A stretch of 53,243 nucleotides of DNA, filler included, from Bipalium vagum (taxonomy: Eukaryota): assembly GCA_037834085.1 (NCBI GenBank). It is 3 parts of 3 records of this genome, joined end to end, with 100 filler letters (N's around TTAATTAATTAA, not from the genome) between each part and the next. Parts side by side here need not be neighbours in the genome. Positions count along the whole stretch, not along the records: positions 36,301 to 53,243 come from JBBMKC010084975.1; 2 more parts are not named here. The stretch is one strand, 5' to 3'. The notes under the pieces are model-generated. The model worked only from the letters and a program-made list of their open reading frames with translations. It made no database searches and was not told where the DNA came from. The number at the start of each line of letters is the position of its first letter. Within the stretch, counting starts at the first letter, position 1. A program made the translations under genes and the position numbers. Below are positions 52,209 to 53,243 of this stretch, in pieces.

Positions 52209-52351
52209 CCTTGGAGAAAGGAGCTTGAAATTCATATTGCATTGACGACCTCCTATTTTCATCAGGCTTACGTCTGCATCCAGAGGGGTTGGTATGCCAA
52301 ACAAAAAAGAGATGACCCAACCTCCTATAATTAGCCACAAGCTTCGACTGC
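52209..52351 (-). CDS. Internal exon of a rhodopsin-class peptide GPCR (TM4 + ECL2), neuropeptide S/CCAP/vasopressin-receptor-like
   Basis: Encodes (G)SRSLWLIIGGWVISFLFGIPTPLDADVSLMKIGGRQCNMNFKLLSPR, with the TM4 W-x2-S-FLF-x-IP signature and the ECL2 QC cysteine. Acceptor TTTCAAG (phase 1) and donor GTGATT (phase 0). Other exons not located. Confidence 0.68.
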
Positions 52352-53167
52352 CTTGAAATTGAGCAATATCATTGATTATGAATATAAAGCATTGATAACA
52401 GTAAAACAAAACACATTTTAAACACCTTTAACGAAAAATAATAATCAATGTAATTTGCAACTATTTTTCTTTACGCTGTTACATAAATAAAAGTGTAATT
52501 AAAACAAAAAATCAGATTAGATTTGTTGATAAAGGTATCCATAATGCTGAAATTGACAACTGCAGGCGATGGGCATGAGAATAAATTGAAAAGTGAATGA
52601 GGAGAATTGCCTAAAAGTTGCCTTGGATGTTAAATAAGCTTCCCAATATCATTTGAGAAACAAAGCTGATCACAATGTAAATACGAAGACAAATTTATAT
52701 TTTGGGAAAATATTTACCTTGTAATAAATGGGGATGTTTTCTACAACTTAAAACAAACTTTCCTTCTTTTGGAAATTAATTTTCCAACGTTTCCAAAACT
52801 ATATTTCTCAACCAATTAAAAATTGAAAAAATAAATTTTTAAAAAATTGAAATATATTTCATATATAATATTATTATTATTTTAAAAAATAAATTATAAA
52901 TTTTATTTGTTTTTAGAATTTTAAATTTGAAAAGAAAGTGTAATCATTTCTTCATATGTTGTAACTGCAACGGAATCAGTATTTTAAGTCAAAATTGAAC
53001 CTAAATTTTTATTTTTGAAAATATATCAGTATTTGAAATTTAATATTTTAAAAATTTAATAATTTATTTTAAACCATTAATCAATAATCATTTATTTTAA
53101 TTATGAGATTAATATACTTTTTACTTCATTATTCATGTTAGATAATAATTTAAAGTATTTGTTTATA

Positions 53168-53243
53168 TACAGTCAAACCCGCTTAATATCACATTGCTTT
53201 TTGAACACAATTCCAATGATATAAACCGTTGTTGATATTAGAC
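53168..53243. mobile_element. Start of a pogo/Tigger-like element (runs off the window)
   Basis: TA-CAGTCAAACCCGCTTAA resembles CAGT-starting pogo/Tigger-type TIRs. Confidence 0.45.

Noticed and set aside
35446-52351. Neuropeptide and GPCR as a linked ligand-receptor pair
   Set aside because: They are on different contigs across an artificial gap, and the peptide does not resemble NPS/CCAP/vasopressin ligands.

Overview
Very AT-rich eukaryotic genomic DNA, most likely a triclad flatworm (planarian). This is inferred from an FDPIMY-type prohormone, short GT-AG introns and an abundance of mariner elements. The window is three contigs (1-17800, 17901-36200, 36301-53243) joined by two 100-nt gaps, each carrying an artificial six-frame-stop linker (TTAATTAATTAA). 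All host genes are on the minus strand: the first coding exon of an innexin, the last exon of a Slit-type C-terminal cystine-knot protein, a complete 5-exon CCT7 (TCP-1 eta) gene, a complete 2-exon neuropeptide precursor (QFDPIMY x3 plus LFDPIMY), and one TM4-ECL2 exon of an NPS/CCAP-type peptide GPCR. The rest is mostly decayed DNA transposons: more than a dozen mariner/Tc1/maT copies with different TIRs, two Merlin elements with 8-bp TSDs and one open Tc1/IS630-like ORF. There is also a solo-LTR-like segment. The most unusual feature is a decayed retroelement-like frame running from four CCHC zinc knuckles, through about 450 codons of unrecognised protein, into a signal peptide and a YDC...SLVDFEEC envelope-glycoprotein-like N-terminus, with no visible pol.
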